DNA of 64,000 bases from Pseudomonadota bacterium. GTDB taxonomy: Bacteria; Myxococcota; JACRCW01; JAFGSX01. This document shows, piece by piece, positions 46,038 through 55,552 of this stretch. The number at the start of each line of letters is the position of its first letter. Position 1 is the first letter of the stretch. The stretch lies in contig JBDRCO010000044.1 in the NCBI GenBank assembly GCA_043821645.1, positions 6,910 to 70,909 of the forward strand, read 5' to 3'. The position numbers were made by a program, and so were the translations under genes. The notes beneath the pieces are model-generated. The model had not been told where the DNA came from and did not search any database. It saw only the letters and a list, made by a program, of their open reading frames with translations.

Positions 46038-46162
46038 GTTCGCCGCTGTCGAGGCCTTCAGGATGTCATGGCGGCAACCCGAAGTCGCCAAAAAATCCGT
46101 TGACGAACTATCTTGTGGTGCCTATCTCAATGGCAGGACCGCTTGCTGCGCGGAGGTACACG

Positions 46163-46498
46163 ATGCCCATCTACGAATATCACTGTGATGGCTGCGGCCA
46201 CGAGTTCGAAGAGATGCAGAAGGTGAACGATGCGCCGGTGACCCGCTGCGAGACCTGCGGCGGCGACAAGGTGGTGCGCCTGATCTCGCGCTCCAGCTTC
46301 CAGCTCAAGGGCGGGGGCTGGTACGCCGACCTGTACGGCTCGAGTTCCTCCAAGGGCAAGAACAGCCCGAGCAGCAGCACCGCCTCGACCCCAGCGTCGA
46401 GTTCGAGCACCACATCGACCAGCTCGACCAGTCCGTCGTCGTCGACGGCGTCGACCAGCAGCGCGTCGAGCACCCCGGCCGCTTCCAGCAAGAGCTAG
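46163..46498 (+). CDS. FmdB-family zinc-ribbon putative regulator with Ser-rich tail
   Basis: MPIYEYHCDGCGHEFE...CETCGG..V.RLIS..SFQLKGGGWYADLY. GGAGG RBS. Confidence 0.9.
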   Translation: MPIYEYHCDGCGHEFEEMQKVNDAPVTRCETCGGDKVVRLISRSSFQLKGGGWYADLYGSSSSKGKNSPSSSTASTPASSSSTTSTSSTSPSSSTASTSSASSTPAASSKS

Positions 46499-46561
46499 CC
46501 CCTCACCTTCGTCTCTCGCCCCGGCGTCGTCCAGCCGCCTGGCCCTGTCGGCCCGATTTTT

Positions 46562-46580
46562 CGGTGGCAGCGTGCCACCG
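46562..46580. other. Perfect 8-bp hairpin downstream of the FmdB-like gene
   Basis: CGGTGGCA-gcg-TGCCACCG. No downstream U-tract. Confidence 0.35.
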
Positions 46581-46724
46581 CATGCCTGCTGCTGCGGGCT
46601 GGTGGGCCAAATTGCGTTGCATGCCAGCCATCTGTCTGCGACTTTTGCCCAAGCTTTTCGTCGAGCAAGAGACCCAGATGTAGGACCAAGGCATGGTCCG
46701 CAGAGATCCTGGGAAGGACGCCTC

Positions 46725-48707
46725 ATGACAAGCCGAATTGCGGGTTGTGACGCACACCTCAACGAGGCGGGGCCCGGGCCCATCCACCTCGGGACGCTCA
46801 CGCTCGCCGGCCTGCTCCTCCTTGCGCTCCTTGGCTGTCCCGGTGCGGTGCGCGCCCCGGGTGAGCAGATCTGTGCACCTGGCCAGAAGGCTTGCGAGGA
46901 CGGCGTGCTGCTGTCCTGCAGTGCCGACGGTACCCAGATCGAGCACCGCACGGACTGCGCGCCGGGTATCTGCCGCAACGCGGCCTGCGTGACGCTCGAT
47001 GGCGGCACCAGCGACGCCAGTGCCGGTGACGGCTGGGTCCCGTGTGGCCAGAGCTCGTGCAGCGGCTTCACCTATTGCGACGACGTCAGCGACGAGTGCC
47101 TTCCCGGCTGTGCCGGCGACGGGCAGTGCCAGGCCCACGAGCGCTGCGAGCAGCAGAGCCACAGCTGCGTGTGCCAGACCGGCTTTCATCGCTGCGGCCA
47201 GGCCTGCGTGAGCGATGGCGAACCGGCCACCTGTGGCTCGAGTTGCGCCCCCTGCCCGGGTCTGCTCAACGGCCATGCCACCTGTGACCTCGGCGCCTGC
47301 GGTCTTGCCTGCGACGCCAACTTTCACTTCTGCGGCGAGGTCTGCGCGTCGAACAGCGACCTCGCGACCTGTGGCCAGCGCTGCGAGGTCTGCCCCGACG
47401 ACGCGCACGGCGTCGCCATCTGCCAGGACCAGAGCTGTGCCGCCACCTGCCATATCGGGTATCACTGGTGCACGGGGGGCTGCGCCCTCGACCGCGACGT
47501 GGCGAGTTGTGGCCAGCGCTGCGAGCCCTGCCCCGACGACGCCAACGGCGTCGCCAGCTGCACCGACGGCCAGTGCGGCCTGGCCTGCAACGCGGGCTAT
47601 CTGGCCTGCGGTCAGGGCTGCGCCCCGTGTCCTGACATCGCCAACTCCATCGGTGCCTGCGCGGCCAGCAGCTGCGTCTTCGCGGGCTGCGTGACGGGCT
47701 ACCGCGTGTGCGGTCAAGCCTGCTGCCCGTTCACCGTGACCCAGGTGGCCGCGGCGTCGCTCATGGGGGACAGCGACGTGGCCGTGGATGGCGCGGGCAC
47801 GGCACACCTGGTCTGGCATACCTACCCCAGTGGTGGCCTCCATTATCAGGCGGGTCTTACTGGAACACCGGAAGACATCGAACCCGGCGATGGGGAGGGG
47901 CAGTACCTCGCCCTGGCCCTGGACAGCAGCGAGCGCCCCGTCGTGGCGTACTATCATGAAGTCGACAAGCAGTTGAAGTTCGCGACCCGGGAGAGCACAG
48001 GCTGGACCGTCGAGGTGGTCGATGCCGACGGCGATGTGGGCTCGTATGTGTCGCTCGACCTCGACAGTGGAGGCCAGCCGCACATCGCCTACTACGACAG
48101 CGATGGCAAGAATCTCAAGTACGCGGCGCACAGTGCCCAGGGCTGGAGCGTACAGTTTGTCGATCTGGCTACCGACGTCGGGATCTATGCGGCACTGCGC
48201 CTGGATGCCGCGGACCATGCCCACATCGCCTACTGGGATCAGAACCGGTCGGTGCTGCGGTACGCGCGCTGGACGGGGACGACCTGGCTGTTCGAGGACG
48301 TCGATTCCGGCCTGTACACGGCCCCCCTGATCGACCTGGCCCTCGACCCGGCCGGGAACCCCCACATCAGCTACGTCAAGCCATCCACCCTTCGCCACGC
48401 AGCCTTCAACGGCACGAGCTGGCAGTTCGAGGAGCTGTTCCCGGGGGTGGTGACCTCGAAAACCTCGATCGAGATCGACGCCGGTGGTCTGATCCATGTG
48501 CTCTATGTCAACCGGGGCGATGCGCAGCAGACCTACGACCTGAACTATCTCCTGCTATCCGGGGGGCGGTGGTACCGCACGATCGTGGCGGAAGACCTTG
48601 GTTTTCTGGGCGGCCGGCATAGCCTGTCCCTGGACGCCACGGGCAATCCGCACATCACCTACATGGACTACAACGCCAGCCCCGATAGCATCCACTACGC
48701 CCACTGA
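46725..48707 (+). CDS. Cys-rich-repeat lipoprotein with C-terminal propeller-like repeats
   Basis: LLGCP lipobox, 3-4 C..D..TCG..C..C...nG.A.C....C...C..G units, then repeats of sLaLD..G.PHIaYyd....LkYA. Confidence 0.7.
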   Translation: MTSRIAGCDAHLNEAGPGPIHLGTLTLAGLLLLALLGCPGAVRAPGEQICAPGQKACEDGVLLSCSADGTQIEHRTDCAPGICRNAACVTLDGGTSDASAGDGWVPCGQSSCSGFTYCDDVSDECLPGCAGDGQCQAHERCEQQSHSCVCQTGFHRCGQACVSDGEPATCGSSCAPCPGLLNGHATCDLGACGLACDANFHFCGEVCASNSDLATCGQRCEVCPDDAHGVAICQDQSCAATCHIGYHWCTGGCALDRDVASCGQRCEPCPDDANGVASCTDGQCGLACNAGYLACGQGCAPCPDIANSIGACAASSCVFAGCVTGYRVCGQACCPFTVTQVAAASLMGDSDVAVDGAGTAHLVWHTYPSGGLHYQAGLTGTPEDIEPGDGEGQYLALALDSSERPVVAYYHEVDKQLKFATRESTGWTVEVVDADGDVGSYVSLDLDSGGQPHIAYYDSDGKNLKYAAHSAQGWSVQFVDLATDVGIYAALRLDAADHAHIAYWDQNRSVLRYARWTGTTWLFEDVDSGLYTAPLIDLALDPAGNPHISYVKPSTLRHAAFNGTSWQFEELFPGVVTSKTSIEIDAGGLIHVLYVNRGDAQQTYDLNYLLLSGGRWYRTIVAEDLGFLGGRHSLSLDATGNPHITYMDYNASPDSIHYAH

Positions 48708-48850
48708 CCGGCCCCGCAGGGTGCAGCGCGACCATCGAGGTCAGCGCAGCCCGGTGCCAGCTGTCATGAGCCGGGACTGCCCGATGGAGCTGGGGGCAAA
48801 GGATGCTGTGCCTCGCCAGCGCTTGCGGCCGAAACCTTGCGAGGAGGCGA

Positions 48851-50137
48851 CTACTTCTCGTCGTCCGCCCCGTCCTCGTCCCCGTCCTCGGTCGTTGGTG
48901 TTGCGCCGGGCTTGGCCTCGAAGGTCTTCTTCCACCACGACGCCGCCTCGCCCGCGGCGTTCTTGAGCACGTCGCCGGCGTTCTTGACCGCGCCGCTGGC
49001 CGCCTGTGAGGCCTCGGCGAAGAAGTCGTCGACGCTGGCCGGTCCGTCGCTGCTCGCCTCCTCGTCATCGGTCGAGGTGCCGCCGCGCGGGTCCACGCCG
49101 CAGTGCGGACACACCATGGCGGTCTTCAGCACCGGCTTGTGGCAGGACGCGCAGGGGGCGCTGTCCTCGTCGCTGCGCCGGCGATACTCGCCGTCCAGGA
49201 TCTCCAGGTAGTTGCCCGAGCTGACCCAGTCCACGATCTCCTTGGCGCGGTAGACCGGGAAGGGATGCGAGCGGAACATCTCCTGCACCAGCATCAGGGC
49301 CCGCGCCCAGCCGCTGTCGGCGCTCATCTTGTCCAGGCGATCGGCCTGCTGCAAGAAGGCCTCGAAGTTGAGCTGCTCGAGCAGCGAGGGCGCACCGCCG
49401 GCGATCTTCATCAGCAGGTGCAGCACCACCTCGGGCCGTCGCACCGCCAGCAGCGCCGCGCGGTCCGCGGTGAGCTCGGCGCAGCGGTCCCACCACATCA
49501 GGCCGAGCTGCAGCGGCAGGGCGATGAGCCCGCCCAGACCGAAGCTCACCGCCGCCAGGCGCGAGGCCAGGGCCGAGATGAAGCGCGCCGCGGTCTTGTA
49601 CAGCATGTGGTCCGAGTGAATGTGCCCCAGCTCGTGGGCGAACAGGGCGATCTGCTCCTCGGCATCGAGCAGCTCCAGCGCGCCCGTCGTCACCGTCACG
49701 AAGTACTGCTCCACGCCATAGGTCGAGGCGTTGGGGAAGGGGTTCTGCACCACGTACAGCTCGGGCAGCGGCGTGATGCCCAGGCGCGCCGCCGCGTCCT
49801 CGAAGCGGGCGTAGATCTCGGGCATCTGCTGCGCGCTGACCTGCACCGTGTTGGCGGCCTGGCTCAGGCGCAAATTCAGCTCGAGGGTCCAGCGGATCAC
49901 GCGGCGCAGCAGCGTGCGAATGCCCGGGATCTTCTGCAATGCCTCCAGCGCGTCCTTGTCCAGGGGATGCTGGTAGGCGCTGGGGGCGATGTCGCCCAGG
50001 CTGCTGTCCAGCGAGCGGAACAGTGGCTCGCCGCACTTGCCGCAGCGCGGAGAGCGGCTCAGGCGCAGCAGCTTGGCTGTCTGCAGCCGGTTGGGGGCCT
50101 CGCAGGAACCGCAGTTGAACTCGACCAGTTCGATCAT
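48851..50137 (-). CDS. M48 family zinc metallopeptidase with N- and C-terminal zinc-finger motifs
   Basis: AHELGH, ELTADRAALL, SHPFPVYR. N-terminal CGSC..NRL...PRCGKCGEPL and C-terminal CASC..CPHCG. Confidence 0.88.
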   Translation of the reverse strand: MIELVEFNCGSCEAPNRLQTAKLLRLSRSPRCGKCGEPLFRSLDSSLGDIAPSAYQHPLDKDALEALQKIPGIRTLLRRVIRWTLELNLRLSQAANTVQVSAQQMPEIYARFEDAAARLGITPLPELYVVQNPFPNASTYGVEQYFVTVTTGALELLDAEEQIALFAHELGHIHSDHMLYKTAARFISALASRLAAVSFGLGGLIALPLQLGLMWWDRCAELTADRAALLAVRRPEVVLHLLMKIAGGAPSLLEQLNFEAFLQQADRLDKMSADSGWARALMLVQEMFRSHPFPVYRAKEIVDWVSSGNYLEILDGEYRRRSDEDSAPCASCHKPVLKTAMVCPHCGVDPRGGTSTDDEEASSDGPASVDDFFAEASQAASGAVKNAGDVLKNAAGEAASWWKKTFEAKPGATPTTEDGDEDGADDEK

Positions 50138-52449
50138 CGGGATGCTCCCTGCGCCGGTGCTCGGCGCGTACCTCGTCGTCGATACAGGGTCAGCGTCAGC
50201 AGGACCACCACCCCGAGCCCGGCCGGACCTGCGGCGAGGGTGGTGCAGCCACAGGTGTCGATGGGGCCCACCGAGGAGGGTGGGGGCTGGCGGCCATGAA
50301 AGGCCACGGTGGCCAGGTAGACCAGGGCGCCGGCGGGCAAGAAGGGGGTGGCCACCTGTGGCTGCAGGCGGTCGGGCTGGCCATCGCCGTCGTCATCCAC
50401 GCGCCGCAGCAGGCCACCGTACTGGGCGCTGCGCGGGTCCGCGAGCGCGATCAGCTGCTCGAGCAAGGGAGCCAGGCGCAGGCGCCGGGCCTTGTCGTCG
50501 CGGCACAGCTCCGCCAGGATCCAGACCCGCAGCGGCAGGTCCTGCACCGTGGCCTGCTGCAGGGCCAGCTCCGACTCGACCTCGAGCAGCAGGGCATCCA
50601 CCGCGGCGTCGTGCACGGCCCCCGCTTCGAGCAGCCGGCCGAGGTACAGGGCCAGAGCGCGCTCGACGGGGCTGCCCTGCAGGATGCCCGCGGCGTCGAC
50701 GAAGTGCTGCCGGGCTGCCAGCCGCAGGCTGCGGGCGCTCTCGCGATAGCGTTCCACCCGCGCATCCTGCGCGTCGCGCCAGGACAGCGCGGTGGCGATC
50801 TGCTCCAGGGCGGCCACGCTCAGCGCTGCGGCGCGCACGCTCTGCCTGGCCACCGCGTCCTCATCCTCGACCGCCGCGCAGGTCAGGCCGGTCGCCGCGT
50901 CGCGGCAGCCGTCGAGGTCATCTCCTGCCAGCAGCAAGGAGGTGGCCACGCGCTCCAGGTAGCTCCTGGCCTCGTCGTCATGGCGGGCATCCCGCAGTAC
51001 CTGGACGTGGCGGGCCATGGACCACGCCGCCAGGGCCGAGGCGTCGATGGCGGAGGGCAATCCCGCCGCAGGCTCACCCAGGCTGTCGTGGCAGGTCCAC
51101 CAGCGACCCGAGGCCGCGCTGCTCCCCGCACGCTGCTGGGCCTGCGCGAGAAACACTCCGTGCGCGCTGGCCTGGCCATACAGCCCCGCCTGATCCAGCG
51201 CCTCGCGCATCCACGCGCTGTAGGCCGGGCAGTCCAGGGCCAGTGGAGGTTGCCCGGCCAGGGCCGCCACCAGGGCTCCACTGCCTGCGCTCTGGGCCGT
51301 GGCCACGGCGCGGATGGCGCGGCGGGCCACCTGGCGCACCGCCAGGTCCTGGGTATCGGGCATGGCCATGGCGCGGTCCAGCTCGCCGTCGGTGCGCAGG
51401 GCCTGCTCGCTGTAAGTCGCGAACCCGTACAGGCGCGCGTTCTCGATCAGGGCCAGCGCCTCGCCGGCCAGGCTGCCCGCCGCCACGAACACGGTCACCA
51501 CGGAGGAGGAGGTCGGCCAGCTCCAGAGCAAGGCACCGCTGGCGGATCCGAGGACCGCAGGCTGCCCCGTGAGCGTGCCGTCGGCGGCATCGAGATAGGC
51601 GTCGCGCGGCCGCGCCAGATCTGTCGGATCCACGCGTCCGACCTGGTGCGCCAGGCTGGGCAGATCCGCGCCCAGGGCCAGGTAGGTGCCTTCCCGGGGC
51701 TCCTGGATCAGCTCCTGAAGCAGCGCGTCGGCCGCGGCCTGCCCGGCAGCGTCGGTGCCAATCGCCGCCATGGCGGGGGCCCACAGCTGGCCCAGCGCCT
51801 CGCTGTCGCGCGGCCTGAAGTGCAGCAGGGCGTCCGCCTGCGCGCTGTAAAGAAGAGCAAAATCATTAGGATGGTCGCTTCCCTGGGCGTCGTAGAGCCA
51901 GTCCGCCACCGGTTGTCCCGGGATGTGCTGATCGCAGGGAGCCAGGTTCTCGTACAGCACTAGGCCGGCGGGGATGCGGCGGGCGCCCTCGGTCTGCAGC
52001 TCGAGTTGCAGCAGCAGCAGGGGCCGGTCCGGGGCCAGCCAGTACTCCTCGATCAGGACCAGGGCATCGTCGTCGAGGCGATACTCGACGCGCACCACCC
52101 GCGAGGTATCCGACAGGTAGCTGACCTCGCTTGACCAGCCCTCACCCTGGTGCGGCCACTCGACCCAGGCCTGCCCGTCCTGCTCGAAGCGCAGACCCAC
52201 GAACAGCCCCATGTCAGGTTGCGCGCCCGCGCGGGGCAGGGCGGGGAGGCCATCGGCGGGGGGCGGCCGGGTCACATAATGCAGCTGATCAAAGCGCCCG
52301 GTGCTGGGCCAGCGCAGGGCCGTGACGTCGCCCCGCTCGCTCACCGTGAGCGCCATCTGGCCATTGGCCAGGGCGGCCAGGCTGTCGGTGGCGCCAAAGC
52401 GGGCCTCGACGCTCTCCAGCGCCAGTCCACACAACAGGGCACAGGTCAT
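50134..52449 (-). CDS. GH15-like six-hairpin protein with MYXO-CTERM-like tail
   Basis: ALANGQMALTVSERGDVTALRWPS N-domain and C-terminal TCGC-TM-RRR tail. Start uncertain (ORF is open to 52569). ATGA-coupled to the M48 gene. Confidence 0.55.
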   Translation of the reverse strand: MTCALLCGLALESVEARFGATDSLAALANGQMALTVSERGDVTALRWPSTGRFDQLHYVTRPPPADGLPALPRAGAQPDMGLFVGLRFEQDGQAWVEWPHQGEGWSSEVSYLSDTSRVVRVEYRLDDDALVLIEEYWLAPDRPLLLLQLELQTEGARRIPAGLVLYENLAPCDQHIPGQPVADWLYDAQGSDHPNDFALLYSAQADALLHFRPRDSEALGQLWAPAMAAIGTDAAGQAAADALLQELIQEPREGTYLALGADLPSLAHQVGRVDPTDLARPRDAYLDAADGTLTGQPAVLGSASGALLWSWPTSSSVVTVFVAAGSLAGEALALIENARLYGFATYSEQALRTDGELDRAMAMPDTQDLAVRQVARRAIRAVATAQSAGSGALVAALAGQPPLALDCPAYSAWMREALDQAGLYGQASAHGVFLAQAQQRAGSSAASGRWWTCHDSLGEPAAGLPSAIDASALAAWSMARHVQVLRDARHDDEARSYLERVATSLLLAGDDLDGCRDAATGLTCAAVEDEDAVARQSVRAAALSVAALEQIATALSWRDAQDARVERYRESARSLRLAARQHFVDAAGILQGSPVERALALYLGRLLEAGAVHDAAVDALLLEVESELALQQATVQDLPLRVWILAELCRDDKARRLRLAPLLEQLIALADPRSAQYGGLLRRVDDDGDGQPDRLQPQVATPFLPAGALVYLATVAFHGRQPPPSSVGPIDTCGCTTLAAGPAGLGVVVLLTLTLYRRRGTRRAPAQGASR

Positions 52450-52603
52450 GGTGAGCGGGCCAACCACGGCCGCAGCATGGCAAAGGCTGGACCCTGGCCG
52501 CAAGCGGCGCGCCCGCGAGGTCCGCAGCGCAGCTCGGGCGGGAGCCGGCGCCGTGCTTGCCCGGGCCACGCATCGACGAGGACAGGACCGTGACGGGGGA
52601 GTC

Positions 52604-52630
52604 TTGACACCTCCAGGTGCAGGCCATAGT
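52604..52630 (+). promoter_or_regulatory. Possible sigma70-type promoter for the cytochrome c-folB pair
   Basis: TTGACA (52604-09), then CATAGT (52625-30) with only a 15-bp spacer. Confidence 0.25.
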
Positions 52631-52658
52631 CAAGCAGGGCACTGACCAGAGGACGACC

Positions 52659-53195
52659 ATGACGACGAAGAACCTGTCCGTTGCCTGTCTGCTTGTCTGT
52701 CTCGGCGCGACCGCCTGTCCGGACCAGCATCCGGCGGCACCGGAAGCGGTCAAGGGCCAGGAGGTCAACTGGGGTGAGAACTTCGCTGCGGCCGATCAGC
52801 AGCCCAAGGCCGCAGCCGAGGCCATGCACGCCGAGGGCGGGGCCATGGCCCCCACCATGACCTGGGAGGGTGGAGAGGCCAGCCGCGGCCGCGTCCTGTT
52901 TGCCGACAAGTGCGCGCGCTGCCATGGCAAGGGGGATCCCTCCACGCTCGCGGACGGCAACCCCGTGCCCTCGCTCAGGCCGGCGGCGCTCGAGTCCAAG
53001 ACCGAGCGCGACCTGGCGCGCCACATCGCCCACGGCCATGGCGCCATGCCGGCCTTTGTCGGCGAGCTCAACCGCGAGCAGCTGCTGGATCTGATCTCGG
53101 CCCTGCGCAACGACGTTGGCGGCACCGGGCCCGCTCCCGTGGTGATGCCCGAGCCCGCCACGGCCCCTGCCTCGGCGCCTGCCGCCGCACCGTGA
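52659..53195 (+). CDS. Monoheme cytochrome c lipoprotein
   Basis: GATACP lipobox, GRVLFADKCARCHG heme motif, GHGAMPAF distal Met. Confidence 0.88.
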   Translation: MTTKNLSVACLLVCLGATACPDQHPAAPEAVKGQEVNWGENFAAADQQPKAAAEAMHAEGGAMAPTMTWEGGEASRGRVLFADKCARCHGKGDPSTLADGNPVPSLRPAALESKTERDLARHIAHGHGAMPAFVGELNREQLLDLISALRNDVGGTGPAPVVMPEPATAPASAPAAAP

Positions 53196-53200
53196 ACCCC

Positions 53201-53593
53201 ATGGACCGCATCTACGTCGAGGGCATCACCTTCGTGGGCCACCACGGCGTGTCGCGCAGCGAGCGCGCCGAGGGGCATCAGATGTGGGTCGACGTCGTGG
53301 CCTGCCTGGACACCCGGGCTGCAGCCGCTGGCGACCGCCTGTCGCGGACCGTGGATCACGTGGACCTCGCCCGCATCGCCCACGAGCTGGGCACCAGCTC
53401 CAGCTTCAAGCTGCTGGAGACCCTGGCCGATCGCATCGCCAGCGCCGTCCTCGAGGCGACCGGCGCCCACAGCGTCGAGGTGAGGGTACGCAAGCAGAGG
53501 CCCATCCTGCCCGGGCTGCCCTCGGCCACTGGCGTCACCATTGCCCGCGGACGCGACGGCGCCATGCTGGAACCCGGGGCGCTTCGCCCCTGA
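53201..53593 (+). CDS. folB: Dihydroneopterin aldolase
   Basis: DRIYVEGITFVGHHGVSRSER..G, TVDH, FKLLETLADRIA, VEVRVRK. Confidence 0.9.
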   Translation: MDRIYVEGITFVGHHGVSRSERAEGHQMWVDVVACLDTRAAAAGDRLSRTVDHVDLARIAHELGTSSSFKLLETLADRIASAVLEATGAHSVEVRVRKQRPILPGLPSATGVTIARGRDGAMLEPGALRP

Positions 53594-53629
53594 ACTGCCG
53601 GATTCCTCCCCACCCGCCGCCGGGTAAGC

Positions 53630-53897
53630 ACAAGCAGAACGCGATCAAAGACAGATAGTATGGAGCGGGACTTCGGCACCCAGCTGCGCTGTCCGGGGCC
53701 TGCCGGACCGCAAAAAAGTGATCCCGGTTAAAAAAAGATGCATGTAGGTTTTTGTCCGCCGAGGTACTTCCCCGTCTTGCTTGGCTATTTTGAATCTTAT
53801 CAAATCGAGAAAAAGCGACAGATCAGGCAACCTTCGCGGTATACTGGTCGATAAGATACGCCAGAGGGTCAAGGCTGAGCCACCCAAGGAGGAAACG
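53630..53897 (+). promoter_or_regulatory. AT-rich upstream region with A-tracts, a TATACT -10-like hexamer and strong RBS
   Basis: aaaaaa/aaaaaaa/ttttt tracts, TATACT near 53840, AAGGAGG before ATG 53898. Confidence 0.4.
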
Positions 53898-54875
53898 ATG
53901 TCGGTCAATTTTAACCTCTCCGTCAACACCAACTACGCGGCGTTCAACTCGCTCAGCCAGATCTCCTTTGGCGGCGCCTCCGTCGTCAGTTCGGCATCGT
54001 TCTCGGCCATCTCGGATGGTTTCGCCCTGGCCGGAGGCGGCATCAACTTCGCGTCGGCTTTTGCCAACCTGCCTCCCCCGTACCTGCCCCGGCCCCCGCA
54101 CTACAGCGTTAGCCCCGAGATGGCGGCGCAGAAGATGGCCCAGTTCGTCGGTAACCTGGCCCAGTTCGGCGGCAGCCAGGGGCAGTTCGGCTTCGGCCAG
54201 TTCCTCAAGATGTCGGCCATGAACAACGTCGTCGGCAACTACATGTCGACCCAGGCGCTGTTCGGCCAGAGCTCGATCAGCAACCTCAGCGTGTACGGCC
54301 AGGCCACCATCACCTCGCCCGCCCTCATGCAGCGCGAGCTCAAGGACGAGTTCGCCGCCGGTAACTCGGCAGGCAAGGGCAAGCAGAGCAACATGGCCAA
54401 CTCGCCCGAGACGGTGCTGGCCCTGAACAATATTCTCAAGGGCCACACGGACAACATGCCCTTCGAGGAAGTGCAGAAGCAGCTCAAGGATCAGTACGGC
54501 ATCGAGTCCAAGATCACCGACGTCGACGGCCGCAAGGCCCTCGAGTTCAAGAACGGCGACAAGATCGTCGACGCCAGCGGCAACGGCATGCTCGGCACCG
54601 CGGACTACAAGTTCGGCGACGCCGTCAAGTCCATCAAGGAGAAGTACGGCCTCAGCGACGAGGCCCTGAAGACCTTCGACACCGACGAGGGCAAGAAGGC
54701 CCTGGGCGCGATGTCAGGTGCGCGGGAACAGCTGTACCTTCCCCAGGAACACACCATGGCCTTCGGCTTCAACATGACCAGCTTCAACAGCAGCTGGATG
54801 GGTGTGCAGAACAACTTCCTGGACATGCGCCAGTTCGAGCCCATCTTCGCCCAGGCCTTTGCCTTCGCGTACTGA
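53898..54875 (+). CDS. Hypothetical protein (S/F/N/G-rich N-terminus, charged central domain)
   Basis: Strong RBS, C/G-ending codon bias, no recognisable family motif. Confidence 0.75.
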   Translation: MSVNFNLSVNTNYAAFNSLSQISFGGASVVSSASFSAISDGFALAGGGINFASAFANLPPPYLPRPPHYSVSPEMAAQKMAQFVGNLAQFGGSQGQFGFGQFLKMSAMNNVVGNYMSTQALFGQSSISNLSVYGQATITSPALMQRELKDEFAAGNSAGKGKQSNMANSPETVLALNNILKGHTDNMPFEEVQKQLKDQYGIESKITDVDGRKALEFKNGDKIVDASGNGMLGTADYKFGDAVKSIKEKYGLSDEALKTFDTDEGKKALGAMSGAREQLYLPQEHTMAFGFNMTSFNSSWMGVQNNFLDMRQFEPIFAQAFAFAY

Positions 54876-55146
54876 GTTCGCACCCTCTGAGTGACGCACG
54901 GTCCCCGTTGACGCTCCTCCTCGTCGACGGGGATTCGTGTTTGAGGGCTTCCCCTCGCCACAAACCGCAGGGTCGACGCCACTTCCTGACGCGGTGAGCC
55001 AACGCGCTGCGCGGGTCCGTCGACAGAGCGTCCGGGGCGAGACAGCAGCCGGGAAAGCGCCTCGTGCAGGCAACGGTCTGCAGAGCTTCTGGCGTTCGCC
55101 AAAAACCCTATGCTAGGCTTCCGCGTCCACCGCCGGGGAGGCGATC

Positions 55147-55545
55147 GTGAAGAAGGAAGAGGTCCGTGAGCTCACCCGACAGTTCGTCGCTGCGCTCGAG
55201 GAAGAAAAAGAGATCCGCACCAAGCTGCTCGAGCTCAAGATGCTGGGCAGCGATGACGAGGTCCGGCGCAACCTGCAGCGGCACGACGCCATGATCGACA
55301 GCATCAAGAAGCTGCGCGAGCAGAAGATGCTGCCCATCATCGACAAGCTGGGTGCCTTCATCGCAGACAAGGCTGGCACCAACCGCACGCCGCAACAGCG
55401 CCTGCGGGACGCCATCGGCGAGGGCAAGCAGAAGGTGGCCGAGAAGCGCCTGCACTCGGGCATGCCCGGCACCAAGAAGGCGCCCGCTACCGCCGTTCCG
55501 CCGGCCGCACCTACCAAGGAAAAGAAGACCAAGGCCAAGAAGTGA
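55147..55545 (+). CDS. Hypothetical coiled-coil protein with Lys/Ala/Pro tail
   Basis: GGAGG RBS and helical E/K/R-rich sequence. Located 7 nt upstream of the radical SAM gene. Confidence 0.7.
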   Translation: MKKEEVRELTRQFVAALEEEKEIRTKLLELKMLGSDDEVRRNLQRHDAMIDSIKKLREQKMLPIIDKLGAFIADKAGTNRTPQQRLRDAIGEGKQKVAEKRLHSGMPGTKKAPATAVPPAAPTKEKKTKAKK

Positions 55546-55552
55546 GCCCGGT

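Noticed and set aside
46100-46128. Sigma70 promoter TTGACG-17-TATCTC upstream of the FmdB-like gene
   Set aside because: The -35 is good but the -10 lacks the conserved final T, so it is too weak to call.
46038-46162. Cobalamin riboswitch upstream of the cob cassette
   Set aside because: The intergenic region is only about 125 nt and I saw no conserved B12-box elements. A covariance-model search would be decisive.
53690-53712. Sigma54 promoter-like CGGCACCCAGCTGC near 53675-53690 upstream of the orphan gene
   Set aside because: GG-GC spacing is 9 nt rather than the required 10.
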